DNA of 63,465 nucleotides, filler included, from Octopus bimaculoides (GCF_001194135.2; 7 parts of 7 records of this genome joined end to end with filler, not necessarily neighbours in it); one strand, 5' to 3'; positions 28,936 to 41,620 are shown, counted from the whole stretch's first letter. Notes: generated from the sequence alone by a model not told the origin. Made by a program: numbers and translations.

Positions 28936-29109
28936 ATATTAAGAGATATAGGAAAAGGGAGAAACGAAAGCAAGCCAAAGCAGTTTAGTAGTCTAAGGGA
29001 AGAAACTCTATCGCGAACTATAATATAGTTTGAGACATAATTGCTTCCCTTGAATTATCTTTGCAACTATGTGCCTTGAATTACCTCCCCTATCTCTTTT
29101 TTTGTTATC

Positions 29110-29430
29110 GTTACCAGCGTCGCCTTCCTGGCACTTGTAAAGACATTCGAGCGAGATCGTTGCCAGTGCCGCTGAACTGGCTCCTGTGCAGGTGGCACGT
29201 AAAATACACCATTTTGAGAGTGGCCGTTGCCAGTACCGCCTGACTGGCCTTCGTGTCGGTGACACGTAAAAGCACGCACTACACTCTCGGAGTGGTTGGC
29301 GTTAGGAAGGGCATCCAGCTGTAGAAACTCTACCAAATCAGATTGGAGCCTGGTGTAGCCATCTGGTTCGCCAGTCCTCAGTCAAATCGTCCAACCCATG
29401 ATAGCATGGAAAGCGGACGTTAAACGATTA
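29110..29430 (+). mobile_element. RTE-tail-related non-autonomous element (family C)
   Basis: gttaggaagggcatccagctgtagaaact...catggaaagcggacgttaaacga, ending in a short-unit tail; the same sequence follows RTE coding sequence at 53470-53950. Confidence 0.75.
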
Positions 29431-29484
29431 TTATTATTATTATTATTATTTTGATTATTTTTTTATCTTTTCCTATTTTTGCAG

Positions 29485-29599
29485 CACTCTTCGTGAAACA
29501 CTGAATAAATTCGACAAAATGGTTTTTGAAAAATACATTCCTGGAGATCCGACAAAATTTGGAATATTCATGGATAAAGTTGTCGGCTTCTCCTCCTGA
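29485..29599 (+). CDS. ALG13: ALG13 terminal coding exon
   Basis: ttttgcAG acceptor; splicing from 28211 gives STLRETLNKFDKMVFEKYIPGDPTKFGIFMDKVVGFSS*, aligning with the human short-isoform C-terminus (STL...YPPGQPEKFSAFLDKVVG); TGA at 29597-29599. Confidence 0.9.
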
Positions 29600-30279
29600 T
29601 GAACCGATTCTTCACTTTGGACCAAACTCTGACTCGGCACCAATTTCTGCAATTTTCATTTTGCAACATTTAAAAAAAATCCTCTCACCATTCCTCTCAG
29701 TCCTTGTTCCTTTCTGTTTGTTACTTTTTGTTTTTGTTATTTTCATGTTTAGTAACGATTTCAACATTTGGGCACAATGCCAGCAATGTTGAGGGCGGGC
29801 AGCAGGGAGTAGTCTTATACCAACAGCTTATTGTCTGCAAGGACCTAAGGCATTGCAGACAACATCAAAGGATTAAATGCAGCAACATCCACAAAAAATA
29901 ATGGGGTGGGGGTGGGGGTGTTTGCAGTCTTTTTACTTGTTTCACTCACTAGACTGCGCCCATGCTGGAGCACTGCCTCAAAGAGTTTCAGTCAAATGAA
30001 TCAATTCCATGACTTAATTTCTTGGGCCTGGTGCTTATTCTGTCGGTCTCTTTTACTGAACTGCTAAGTTATAGGGCTATAAACCCACCAACACCAGATG
30101 TCAAGCAGTGGTGGCAGACAAACACACGTACACGTATACACACAGATATACACACATACACGCACGTGCATACGCACTCACGTGCTCTTTGAAAGATTCT
30201 AAATGTAAAACTGTCTCTTTTAAAATAAGGCAGTGTTTTGTATTCGTAATAGGATGAATTCATTACATCCAATTCACAA

Positions 30280-30321
<42 letters not shown>

Positions 30322-30324
<3 letters not shown>

Positions 30325-30541
30325 AGGGGGTGCTGGAAAGTTTCTGGCTTCGAAGGTTTCATGAAAAACCTGGTTTCAGGTTCACCCTCCCAAGTTTTTT
30401 CACAGGGCTTAGAAAAACTGAAGGGTTGCTGCAATAAGTGTGTGAATCTGAGAGAGGAATATGTTAAAATAAAATCCTAATTAACTGATCCTCCTGTATT
30501 TTCTTTTACCCAAAGCCAGGAACTTTTCGGCATCCACTCGT
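30322..30541 (+). mobile_element. Internally deleted mariner derivative (MITE-like)
   Basis: Imperfect TIRs gagggggtgctggaaagtttctggctt / aagccaggaacttttcgcatccactc enclosing a transposase C-terminus (GLEKLKGCCNKCVNLREEYV). Confidence 0.65.
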
Positions 30542-30696
30542 GTATGTATGTAAATATATCAGAAAAATAAGAAAATAGATATTAATCAATCAATAACTAT
30601 ATTTAGTAATTGCAAAAATAGACTTAATTCCTTACAGCTGTTTCGATTCAGGCTTTGAAGATTTTAATTGAAATAATTAAATCCTTATAAAGTAGA

Positions 30697-30728
<32 letters not shown>

Positions 30729-31335
30729 CACAAAAAACAGAGAAGATCTCGATGTATCAAAATGTCCTCTAGTTTATTGAAATTAAGCAATATCTTATTT
30801 CTGTATATAGTTCTTATATGAAGTTATTCTTGTTTTATGCTTAAGATATAAACAACATCTTTTATTAAGTTTGGCACATTTTGAAATTTATGTCAATTGA
30901 AATTTCAAGAAACTATTTCCTTTATTAATTTTCGATTCTGTGATATTGTTTCTATTTCAGTGATTGCCTTCCACTCTGTTGGGATAAAATGTATTTGATT
31001 AAAACTTGTTATATATAGGCATTCTTTGTTNNNNNNNNNNNNNNNNNNNNNNNNNNNNNNNNNNNNNNNNNNNNNNNNNNNNNNNNNNNNNNNNNNNNNN
31101 NNNNNNNNNNNNNNNNNNNNNNNNNNNNNNNNNNNNNNNNNNNNNNNNNNNNNNNNNNNNNNNNNNNNNNNNNNNNNNNNNNNNNNNNNNNNNNNNNNNN
31201 NNNNNNNNNNNNNNNNNNNNNNNNNNNNNNNNNNNNNNNNNNNNNNNNNNNNNNNTTCTACGACTGGATGCTCCTCATAACACGTGTGTGTGTGTGTGTG
31301 TGCATGCGCACGTGTGTGTATCTATTTCTAAGATT

Positions 31336-31680
31336 AAAAATTCTGTATACCAGTGTAAAATTACTTCAGGTACCAATATTTTTTTATATAGGTAGTTCTT
31401 CTCAGTTATCTAAAAGAATTTCTAATCATTACTCTACAGTACAGGGCTTAGTAAATTAATTTGGTATCTAAAAGACCATATTAAACAATTTAATTTAGAT
31501 TGGTTGATTCTCTCCATTTCATTCCCATATGATAAAAGTAAAGAATTCTGCCAACTCTGTAATACTGAGCTATTTTTTATTCTTTTTTCTAAGAATCCCC
31601 TTATAAACACGTTTACAGAGCGTGCTTATCGATGTAAACATTGGCAGAAACATACCTTTAGTTTATATAAGTGATATCTA
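31336..31680 (+). mobile_element. Penelope-like element GIY-YIG endonuclease / C-terminus fragment
   Basis: VYQCKITS...YIGSS...LSKLIWYLKD...PYDKSKEFCQLCNTELFFI...CKHWQKHTF* with frameshifts. Confidence 0.7.
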
Positions 31681-31944
31681 CCATTATATATAATTTGAAC
31701 ATTGATTTTCTTCTTACGTTTCACTTCCACTAGATATATCTTTTTCCAAGCCTTTAAGTTTTTATTTAATTCACATATCGCTCCATATTTCTCATTTATT
31801 TGGTTTGTGATTTTTTTTTCCTTTACCCCTCCTCTTTCTGTAGGCTACCTTTGACGTTATATCCTCTAACGGTTTAAAAAAAACCCCAGCTTAATAGCGT
31901 TCCATTCATCATTATACACATCCATCACATTCTGTTAAAATATC

Positions 31945-32337
31945 AAGAGAAAAGACCTAATCGGCAGCATGGAATTCTGCTGCATGACATATCGCCAATA
32001 TGACCAAGGAAGCCATTCAAATGCATGGTTGGGAAGTGCTGCCACACCCACCGTACTCCCTGATTTGGTACCAACGGATTTCCACCTCTTTCGATCTCTT
32101 TCAAATGCTATGCACGGAGTTTCGTTCAATACTGGTGCAGAATTGAGAGCTTGGTTGGATCAATTTTTCGAGTCAAAATCTTCCAACGAGGTATTGAAAA
32201 TCTTGTTGAACGTTGGGAAGAAGTTGTAAACATCAAGGGTGAATACATTATTGATTAATTAGTTGTTACTTTTTATTAAACCTTTAAAAAAAATTTAAAT
32301 TTAAAAAAACGGCGGGAACTTAGTTGCCAACCCAATA
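31945..32337 (+). mobile_element. Mariner transposase 3' fragment with terminal inverted repeat
   Basis: Reading across frameshifts: ILLHD...GWEVLPHPPYS/PDLVPTDFHLFRSLSN...ERWEEVVN; ends with gggaacttagttgccaacccaata followed by TA. Confidence 0.85.
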
Positions 32338-32384
32338 TATGCTACTAAAACTGTGATTGCTTGCTTGCTCGTCTGTCATTTAAT

Positions 32385-32997
32385 ACAACCAAAGCGATGC
32401 ATGATGGGAAAATACTCTGGAAGTAAATCACCCCTGAAATGTGAATACAAATGGAATGAAACAAGTTTCGTGTAAATCGGACTACGGGTTCCCGAGATAC
32501 GCGTTCTTTTTGGGGCTTGTTCCTACAAATTTAAACAGTAAAACCTGAAGTTATTGCCCTTTACTGTGAACATAACTACAGATATGTACCCCACTGACTT
32601 CGTTGCCTCATAACTTCCAGAAAAATGGATACCTTTTTACAAAATTTTCAACAAATTAAGCGGTATTTGTTGAAAATTTCGTTCAAAACTATCCATTTTC
32701 TGGTAGTTATGAGGCAACAGAGTCGGGGGTGGCGGTTAACATCTGTAGTTATGCCAGCTTTGTTTGTGTGCTTGCTTGCGTGCGTGTTTGTCTGTAATTT
32801 AACAGCCAAACTGACGCATTATGGGAAATACTCAGAAAGTAAGCCACACTTGAAATGTGAATACAAACGGAATAAAACAAGTTTCGTGTAAATCGGACAA
32901 CGGATTCCTGAGATAGGCGTTTTTTGGGGGGGCACCTTCATAAAAAGCCAAAACGGTGCATAATGGGAAAATACCCTGAAAGTAAAATAACCTTGAA
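32385..32997. repeat. Composite repeat: about 130-bp direct repeats (two full, one partial) around a long imperfect inverted repeat
   Basis: Units atgggaaa.tact...gaaatgtgaatacaaa...caagtttcgtgtaaatcggac at about 32388 and 32804, partial at 32946; foldback at 32588-32730. Confidence 0.75.
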
Positions 32998-33000
32998 CAT

Positions 33001-33212
33001 TTTTCTGGTCTTGGTATCCAATTTCTTCATTTCTCTCTTTTGCCATTTTTATAATTCTCGTGCCATACCGAAGTGATGCTATCGTCCACGTATTAATTGC
33101 TTGGATTTTATTCCATCCAGTCTATTTCAAGCGCAAATACCAACCTCAGTCTTCAGAAATACTCCATCTTCAGTTGCTCTTTCATTTCCGTTTTATTTCT
33201 TTTCATTTTTAG
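33001..33212 (-). mobile_element. R4/Dong-clade LINE internal fragment
   Basis: Minus strand KEQLKMEYF*RLRLV.../..NKIQAINTWTIASLRYGTRII.../..KKLDTKTRK, the same region as 10366-10705. Confidence 0.6.
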
Positions 33213-33515
33213 TTCGGCCGGTCCAGGGCGGCGCACCCGCGCTCGCCCCCCGGTCGCGACGATACGGTCGGCCTTCCGCATTGGTCGCGGCGCAAATATT
33301 AGACTGAGACCGATGCGTATGGGCCGTCGCAACAGCCGCCGCGCACCGCGCCCGGGTCGAGGCGTGCGGCGGTTTCACGCCCTTCGATTTTGGTGACTCT
33401 GGATAACTGTCAGTACGATCGCACGGGCTAGTATCGACTAGCCTCCGCGAGTCCGCTCTATTAACTGTCAACGGCCCGGTAGGTGCCAACTGTGGTGGCA
33501 ACGGGTAACGGGTAA
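33213..33515 (+). pseudogene. 18S rRNA gene fragment (5' region, GC-rich expanded V2), dispersed pseudogene
   Basis: Conserved SSU motifs in order: tattagac, ttggtgactctggataact, gatcgcacgg, ctattaactgtc, gcaacgggtaacggg; internal deletion; no flanking rDNA. Confidence 0.8.
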
Positions 33516-33995
33516 ACAGTGGACCGTGTTCTCCAAGGAACTCACTTGAATCTCATCTTTGCCATACAGTTTCAATATTATTATTATTATTATTATTATA
33601 TCTGTACGTCAATCAAATCAGATAAATCGAACGATGGAAAAATATTTCAAATCATTCTGAAAATGTTTCTACGCTCGTCTCCGCCCCTGTTCCAGAGCCT
33701 ATAATCCTAACCTGGTTACAATCTAAGTCTTGCTATGAAGAATATTTTGTGTTAAAAAACCAGTTTAAGCGACACGAAAGAAAAGGAAAGCAAATAAAAA
33801 AGACTGACTATTTAAGTGAGATATAAAAATATTTTATTCATTGTATAAATATCTATAATAAATATATATGGGCAATTGAACGATCACACAAACAATTTAA
33901 AACAAATAAAAGTCGTGAGAATTTTATATTGATACTGAAGTATACGCAATGATAAAAGTGGAACTATGAGTTTTGGACGTATTCATATGATAAGG

Positions 33996-34241
33996 AAAAC
34001 TGGATGATCAAAAAGTCTCTCCGCAGTGAATTTTTCTTTTCTTCTTCAAGATGTATTTCAAAACATGCGTAGAAGAGTCAACTTATGTATTGAAGACGAA
34101 GGACGACAATTTCATCACCTCTTATAAAGTTCTTTTAAAGTCTTGTAAAGTTTAATATACTCTTTTGTAGTCTTAGACCATCTTATAAGTATTTATTTTG
34201 CAATAAGATACTTACCGCGGAGAGACTTTGAACACCCTGTA
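33996..34241. mobile_element. Tc1/mariner-type MITE
   Basis: Imperfect TIRs ggatgatcaaaaagtctctccgcagt / ccgcggagagactttgaacaccctgta, followed by a TA run. Confidence 0.6.
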
Positions 34242-34301
34242 TTATATATATATATATATAATATATATATATATAAAATATATATATATATATATAATAT
34301 A

Positions 34302-34401
34302 NNNNNNNNNNNNNNNNNNNNNNNNNNNNNNNNNNNNNNNNNNNNTTAATTAATTAANNNNNNNNNNNNNNNNNNNNNNNNNNNNNNNNNNNNNNNNNNN
34401 N
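34302..34401. other. Synthetic 100-nt join spacer
   Basis: 44N-TTAATTAATTAA-44N. Confidence 0.95.
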
Positions 34402-34860
34402 ATATATCCTATGCAAACGTAAAATCTGTGCTTTTGTAATTGCTCTGAAACATGGAGAGCCACCTGCAGCAACTACAAGAAGATCCAGACCTTCATCAAC
34501 AAATGTCTCCGGCAGATCCTCCACCTGAAGTGGTTCGACAGAGTGCCAAACACCGACCTGTGGGAAAGGGCCAACCAGGAGCCCATACATGTTCAGATTA
34601 GACGAAGGAAATGGAGATGGATCGGATACACACTGCGAAAAGAACCCTCAAATGTGACACGACAAGCACCTGACTGGAACCCGCAGGGGAAAATGAAGCG
34701 AGGACGCCCGGAGCAGACATGGAAGCGGAGCATTTTGGACGAGCTCAGAACCAACGGCCTGACATGGGAAGCAGCCAAGAAACACGCCAATGACCACAAA
34801 AAGTGGAAAATAACTATTGAGACCCTATGCTCCACAGGGGACAAAAAGGATTAAGAAGAA
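34402..34860 (+). mobile_element. RTE-clade LINE 3' end
   Basis: KIQTFINKCLRQILHLKWFDRVPNTDLWERANQEPIHVQIRRRKWRWIGYTLRK...WNPQGKMKRGRP..TW, stop and taagaagaa tail. Confidence 0.85.
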
Positions 34861-35979
34861 TATATATATGATGCATATCATTGCCATAAAGACCGCACAT
34901 GTCGGAGAAAGAGTGAAGTTAAATCTGAAGGTGTTATTCAATGGCTTAAACAGAAAAGGTAGGATACTTCTGATGACCACGTTTTGGGCACCCGAGTCAT
35001 GTGATAAGAAACCGAACAAGTTGTTATTCGACCGGAGGCCTTGCTCTAATGCTTACAACAGAATAGATATTTCTAATCTGCTCAAGGGCCTAGTGAAAGT
35101 ATAAAACAGTCGATGGATTAAGTGAGCCACTGTATAACAGAAACAGAACACGGGACGAGCTTTCATATAGAAAATTCTACAAATTTCGTCCATAGAGTCA
35201 ATTGGTAGAAGACACTTATACATAAGAGAAGGGCCAATATCTACGGTATTTGCAGGCCACACCACACAGGCCTTCCCAGACTGAATAGAGTGTTGTAGTT
35301 AACGCCATCTGCTACTCATTGCCAAGAAAAGAAACAGACGTGAGGAGAGAACCTTCAGTCTACAAGTAATAGATTAGATTTTGATCTCTGAATAAGTTAG
35401 GGGAGACGTTACTTGCAGCGTTTTTAACAGCAACTTAGTTGTCCTCAACAATAATTTATATCTCACTATTTTATTTATCTGCACACTTGATCCCTTTTCT
35501 GAGCTTGTCCTAAATATGACCTTAAACTGCATTCTGTAGTGAGATCCTGGCTCGGGAATGTCAGGATTTTGAGGAGTGTCAAACTACCTTATAGCCACTA
35601 AGGTTTCCAGACTACTCTGACCAGGAGTAAGTAGCACCCGTCATGGTCCCAGCCATGGATAAAATACCTTAGGACCACCCAAAGCAGACTACTTTGAAAT
35701 CATGGGATGCATTTCGGCAAATGAACTTATTGAGTCAATGGCAAATATCGTCAGGTGCTGAATTGATGAATAGACAACAAACTATCAACAGCTAGGATCA
35801 ACCCAGTTAGCGAACTACTGCTATTACCTGTAGTCGAGGCGTGTCGAGATATCTCAGCAAGTAAAAAAATGAATGCTGCTAAAACCCAAGCCAGACGTTC
35901 ATGCCTCATTGCTCGATCGGGACATCTAGCGTAGGAGAGGGTTGCACAGGTCCCAGAAAGTCGCCCGACTGCATTGAAT

Positions 35980-36306
35980 GCTCTGAATGCTACATGGAGA
36001 ATTCATTTAACCACGCACAGCTTTATCAAGCTCTACCCAAAGCGATTGAGATGATTCAGCAGAAAAGAATGAGAATCGTTTGTCATTGCATCAAGTACCC
36101 AGAAGAATCTGTGTGTCTACTGATCTTATGGCAGTCAGTTGAAGGAAGAATCAACAGGGGAAGAAAACGTCTAACCTATGTGGACAACTTGCTTCAGGAC
36201 AGTGGAATAGCAAATGTTGGCGAATTAAGAACATGCATGGAGATCCGTGGCGGATGGCGGACTCACATGAAGTCATTGAAATGTCCGGAAGGACGGCCAT
36301 ACTAAA
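35980..36306 (+). mobile_element. RTE/RTEX-like LINE C-terminal fragment
   Basis: LYQALPKAIEMIQQKRMRIVCHCIKYPEE...LILWQ...NRGRKRLTYVDNLLQDSG...ELRTCM. Confidence 0.6.
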
Positions 36307-36632
36307 CTGGATTGATTGGATAATTCGCGGCATGCTACAGCACCTAAATGAAACAGATTTTAACCTCTATTTTCAATCATCCTATCCCTCCCCAAATTTT
36401 TAATAACGCCCCCAAGAGAGAGTTACAGCTTCTCTTTAAGAAACATGAATTTAGATACGCTGGGTAGTTGAATGCCGTGATGTTACACACGGGGTACTAG
36501 CAAACGGTGAACTAGCTGGCACTCCATTGACGCCAGTGAGAGCTATATCACCAGCCCTCCTGAAAAAAATATCTTACACAAATCTAAAAAAAAAAGAACA
36601 CCATCACCAAACACAATGTCTATTATACTTAC

Positions 36633-36932
36633 GTAGTAACGTAACTTCTTCTGTGCTGTTTCCATATTTGTTGTATGCTATACATTCGTATGTTCCAAAG
36701 TCTTTCTTTTTAAGATTTTTAATTCTTAGGATGAAAGTAAATTTGCTCTTGCTTTGTACGTCTAAATCTATTTCCATTCTTTTCTTTATAGCTGGTATAT
36801 TAGTTACTTCAGTGCCGTTCTTTTTCCAATTCATAGAGGTCAGTGGGAGTGAATTAATCTTACAACGCAGTGTCATAAACTCGCCGATTTTGCGGTTGAT
36901 TATTTTGTTGGCAACTGACACTTTTGGTTTTC
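36633..36932 (-). CDS. Ig-superfamily cell adhesion protein (lachesin/IgLON-like), whole third Ig-domain exon
   Basis: ccttgcAG acceptor, GTAAGT donor, phase 1-1, 300 nt: KPKV...GEFMTLRCKINSLPLTSMNWKKNG...LRIKNLKKKDFGTYECIAYNKYG. Confidence 0.9.
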
Positions 36933-37898
36933 CTGCAAGGATTAAAGCATAAAATAAACCATAAAAATCAAAGTTTATGTGAATTTGTAAAAATTTATAT
37001 TGCAATAAGAACTACCTTCCGTCTCGAACTTTCTCATNNNNNNNNNNNNNNNNNNNNNNNNNNNNNNNNNNNNNNNNNNNNNNNNNNNNNNNNNNNNNNN
37101 NNNNNNNNNNNNNNNNNNNNNNNNNNNNNNNNNNNNNNNNNNNNNNNNNNNNNNNNNNNNNNNNNNNNNNNNNNNNNNNNNNNNNNNNNNNNNNNNNNNN
37201 NNNNNNNNNNNNNNNNNNNNNNNNNNNNNNNNNNNNNNNNNNNNNNNNNNNNNNNNNNNNNNNNNNNNNNNNNNNNNNNNNNNNNNNNNNNNNNNNNNNN
37301 NNNNNNNNNNNNNNNNNNNNNNNNNNNNNNNNNNNNNNNNNNNNNNNNNNNNNNNNNNNNNNNNNNNNNNNNNNNNNNNNNNNNNNNNNNNNNNNNNNNN
37401 NNNNNNNNNNNNNNNNNNNNNNNNNNNNNNNNNNNNNNNNNNNNNNNNNNNNNNNNNNNNNNNNNNNNNNNNNNNNNNNNNNNNNNNNNNNNNNNNNNNN
37501 NNNNNNNNNNNNNNNNNNNNNNNNNNNNNNNNNNNNNNNNNNNNNNNNNNNNNNNNNNNNNNNNNNNNNNNNNNNNNNNNNNNNNNNNNNNNNNNNNNNN
37601 NNNNNNNNNNNNNNNNNNNNNNNNNNNNNNNNNNNNNNNNNNNNNNNNNNNNNNNNNNNNNNNNNNNNNNNNNNNNNNNNNNNNNNNNNNNNNNNNNNNN
37701 NNNNNNNNNNNNNNNNNNNNNNNNNNNNNNNNNNNNNNNNNNNNNNNNNNNNNNNNNNNNNNNNNNNNNNNNNNNNNNNNNNNNNNNNNNNNNNNNNNNN
37801 NNNNNNNNNNNNNNNNNNNNNNNNNNNNNNNNNNNNNNNNNNNNNNNNNNNNNNNNNNNNNNNNNNNNNNNNNNNNNNNNNNNNNNNNNNNNNNNNNN

Positions 37899-37956
<58 letters not shown>

Positions 37957-38872
37957 GTGTGTGTCTGTGTGTGTGTGATGGAATAATTACCAGGCTTACC
38001 AAATTAATCATTGGGGTTAATTCATTCGATCAATAGTTCATTAAGGTGGTGCCCAAGCATGGTCGTAGCCTAATGACTGAAACAAGTGAATGAATAGGAG
38101 GATAAAAGAATTGTGTTTAAGCTGTTGATCTGGCAAAGTCATCAGTATGTCGGTTAAAATGCTTAGTGACATTTCGTCCGTCTTCACGTTCTGATTTCAC
38201 AATCCGCCGTACTCGACTTTGCCGTTCATCCCTTTCGGGAGTCCATAAGATAAGTCCCAGTTGAGCACTGGGATCGATGTAATCGATTTAAACCACCACC
38301 ACCAACACCACCACACCCCATTACACCCCCCACTCACGAAATTGCTGGCCTTGTGCCCAAATCTGAAACCGATATTATTGATGGTGTTGACGTCGCGGTG
38401 GTTTTTCCTCCAAACATCTCTAGCTAAATAGAGGGATTTGTAGTTTTATTACACTGCTTATCTGCTAGAAACATACGGGGATAGGGACAGAGAGGAGACA
38501 TGAGTTAGATATCAACATGACGCATCTGTGATATCTTCTGTTTATAGCTAACATTTCACCTCATAATTATACAGACAAATCACTACAGTTGCGGGAGCAG
38601 GATAAATGGATAGGTGTTTGTGTATGACAGATTGTACGCACGCGCAAACGCACATACACATACGCACACATACACACGCACACATACACACACATTCACA
38701 GATACACACATACATATATGCATATATATATATATATACACGCATACAAGTACCTAAAAACATGTATGCATACATATATATATTTTTGTGCGTGTAGAAG
38801 TCTATATATGTCTTTACACACACAACACACACATCTGTGTGTGTACGTATGCATATAATATGTGTGTCTGTG

Positions 38873-38967
<95 letters not shown>

Positions 38968-39010
38968 ATATGTATAATATATATACAATATATGTGAGTG
39001 TGTGTGTAAG

Positions 39011-39053
<43 letters not shown>

Positions 39054-39135
39054 GTATAATATATATATATAAACTCATACGTACGCACAAACGCACACAC
39101 ATACACGTACACATCAGTATACGTATATATATGCC

Positions 39136-39170
<35 letters not shown>

Positions 39171-40237
39171 TTGTGTGTATGCGCGTGAGTATGTCTGTAT
39201 ATAAGCGTGTATGTATGGATGTGTATGTGCGTGCGCGTCTGTGAATGCATGCATGTATGTACGTATGTGTGTACGTATACATGTATGTAAATATGTATGT
39301 ATGTATGTATGATTGTATGTTGGTATGTATGTATATACGCAGGTATGTATGAATGCATGTATGTATTTTTCGTACACGTGTACGGTATATATATATGTAT
39401 GAATGCATGTATGTATGTATGTATGTATGTATGTGCGTGTATGCTACAGCAACTAGAATTACAAGTACAAATAAGTTTTAGCAAAAGCTCCCTTGTCTAG
39501 CTGCCTGGATATGTGAAGAATAGAGTTATTTAAATGAGGCTAACCGTACAAATTTTTTAAGTTTACGTGTACTCAGTTGTAATCCACGCGAACACAAGCA
39601 TTCGAATATTGAATTGAGCTAAGAAGTTTGCTTCTCAGCCACGTGGTTCCTTGTTTAGTCCCACTGCGTGGCACCTTGGGCAAGTGTCTTCTACTATGGC
39701 TTCGGGCCGACCAAAACCTTGTGAGTGGATTTGCACACTCTTACTGCTCCGCACAGAAATTGTATTATTGTAGTGTGTATGCATGTATAAATGTATGTAT
39801 ACATACAGGCGCATAGCCTAGTGGTTAGAGCCTTCCACTCACGTTTATAAGTTCTTGGGTTCAATTCCAGACAACCGGTGTGGAGTTAAGCAAGCCACTT
39901 CATTTCATGTTGTTCCAGTTTGCTCAACTCTACATAGAACCAAGGTCAGATTTAACCCTCGCCGTCCGTGTCTCACATCTTGGTTACTCCGCTTTCCATA
40001 TATCCACATATACATACAATATACATACAAATTCACGTATTTGCATACAAGAAATATAGGCGGAGCTTACCCAGGAAATCTTCTATCAAGTTCATATACA
40101 ACAGACCTGACATAGTTTTTATATACATATTTGGCTATATATACGTATATAAATATAAATATATATAAATATACATATATATACACTCACAAATATATAT
40201 ATATGTATATATATTTATTTATTTATGTATATATGTA

Positions 40238-40319
<82 letters not shown>

Positions 40320-41009
40320 TACATAGTTATATAAATATATAATTGTGTTTGTGTATGTATGAGTGTGTGGGTCTATATATATTATATAAATATATACATA
40401 TATATATTTACATATACACATGCATATACATATATAAATATACATGCATACACATACATACAACACATGTGTATGTATTATATATAAATATATAGAGAGA
40501 GCGAAGGAAAAGGAGAGTGAGACAGACAGACAGACAGACAGAGACGCAGACAAGCAATATATAGTTTCTTAATCCGCCTCAGAACAAACTTCACATTAGA
40601 ATTCCACCCTTCATAAGGCTAACACTCTTGCTATTGTTATTAAGACATGAGTCATTAAACACTACGTAATGTCTGTTTGGTTGCCAGTTGTTTACGTTGT
40701 TGGAAAATTTTTAGAAAGCTGATTGGGCCGCTTACATTACTATTCCTGCACCGTGGGAAATTAAGAGTATAGGATGCCTATATAGTAAAACAGAATCTTG
40801 ACAATTTTTTTTCAATCACTTGAAATGTTTTTTTTTAATTTTCATAAGATTTCTTTTTTTTTTTTTTTTTTTTTTTGAAAAGATGTAGTTTTGTTGTAGT
40901 TTCGCATGTTGATGACGAAAATTGTATTTATTTCAAACTCTACCGAGGTCAGCATGAAAGGATAATTTTTGACTGCATTTGTTTAATACTCATTACGATA
41001 GGCTTCGAT

Positions 41010-41620
41010 AAGGCGGCGAGCTGGCAGAAACGTTAGCACGCCGGGCGAAATGCTTAACGGTATTTCGTCTGCCGTTGCGTTCTGAGTTCAAATTCCGCCG
41101 AGGTCGACTTTGTCTTTCATCCTCTCGAGGTCGATAAATTAAGTACCAGTTACGCACTGGCTCGATGTAATCGACTTAATCTCTTTGTTTGTCCCCTCTA
41201 TGTTTAGCCCCTTATGGACAATAAAGATATAAGAAACGTTAGCTCGTCGAACAAAATGCTTAGTGGTACTTCGTCTGTCTTTACGTTCTGAGTTCAAATT
41301 CCGCCGAGGTCGATTTTACCATTCATCCTTTTGGGGTTAATGAGTTAAGTACCACTTGCATACTGGGGTCGATGTAATCGACTGGCCCCCTCCCCCAAAA
41401 TTTAGGGCCTTGTGCCTAGAGTAGAAAAGAATCGTTACCGCGCCGGGCAAAATGTTTAGCGGCATTTCGTCCGCCCTTATGTTCTGAATTCTAATTCCGT
41501 CGAGGTCGACTTTGCCTTTCATCCTACGGAGTATATAAATTAAGTACCCGTGAAACACTGGGGTCGATATAATCGACTTATCCTCTCCCCGAACTTGTTG
41601 GCTTTCTGCCAAAATTTAAA
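41010..41620 (+). mobile_element. Head-to-tail chain of three SINE family B copies
   Basis: Three successive agaa(a/t)cgtta...gagttcaaattccg...gtcgatgtaatcgact units with alternating tails. Confidence 0.85.

Noticed and set aside
38139-38175. Similar GAAA/CTGATGA spacing on the minus strand
   Set aside because: Falls in a SINE B head; no stem complementarity.
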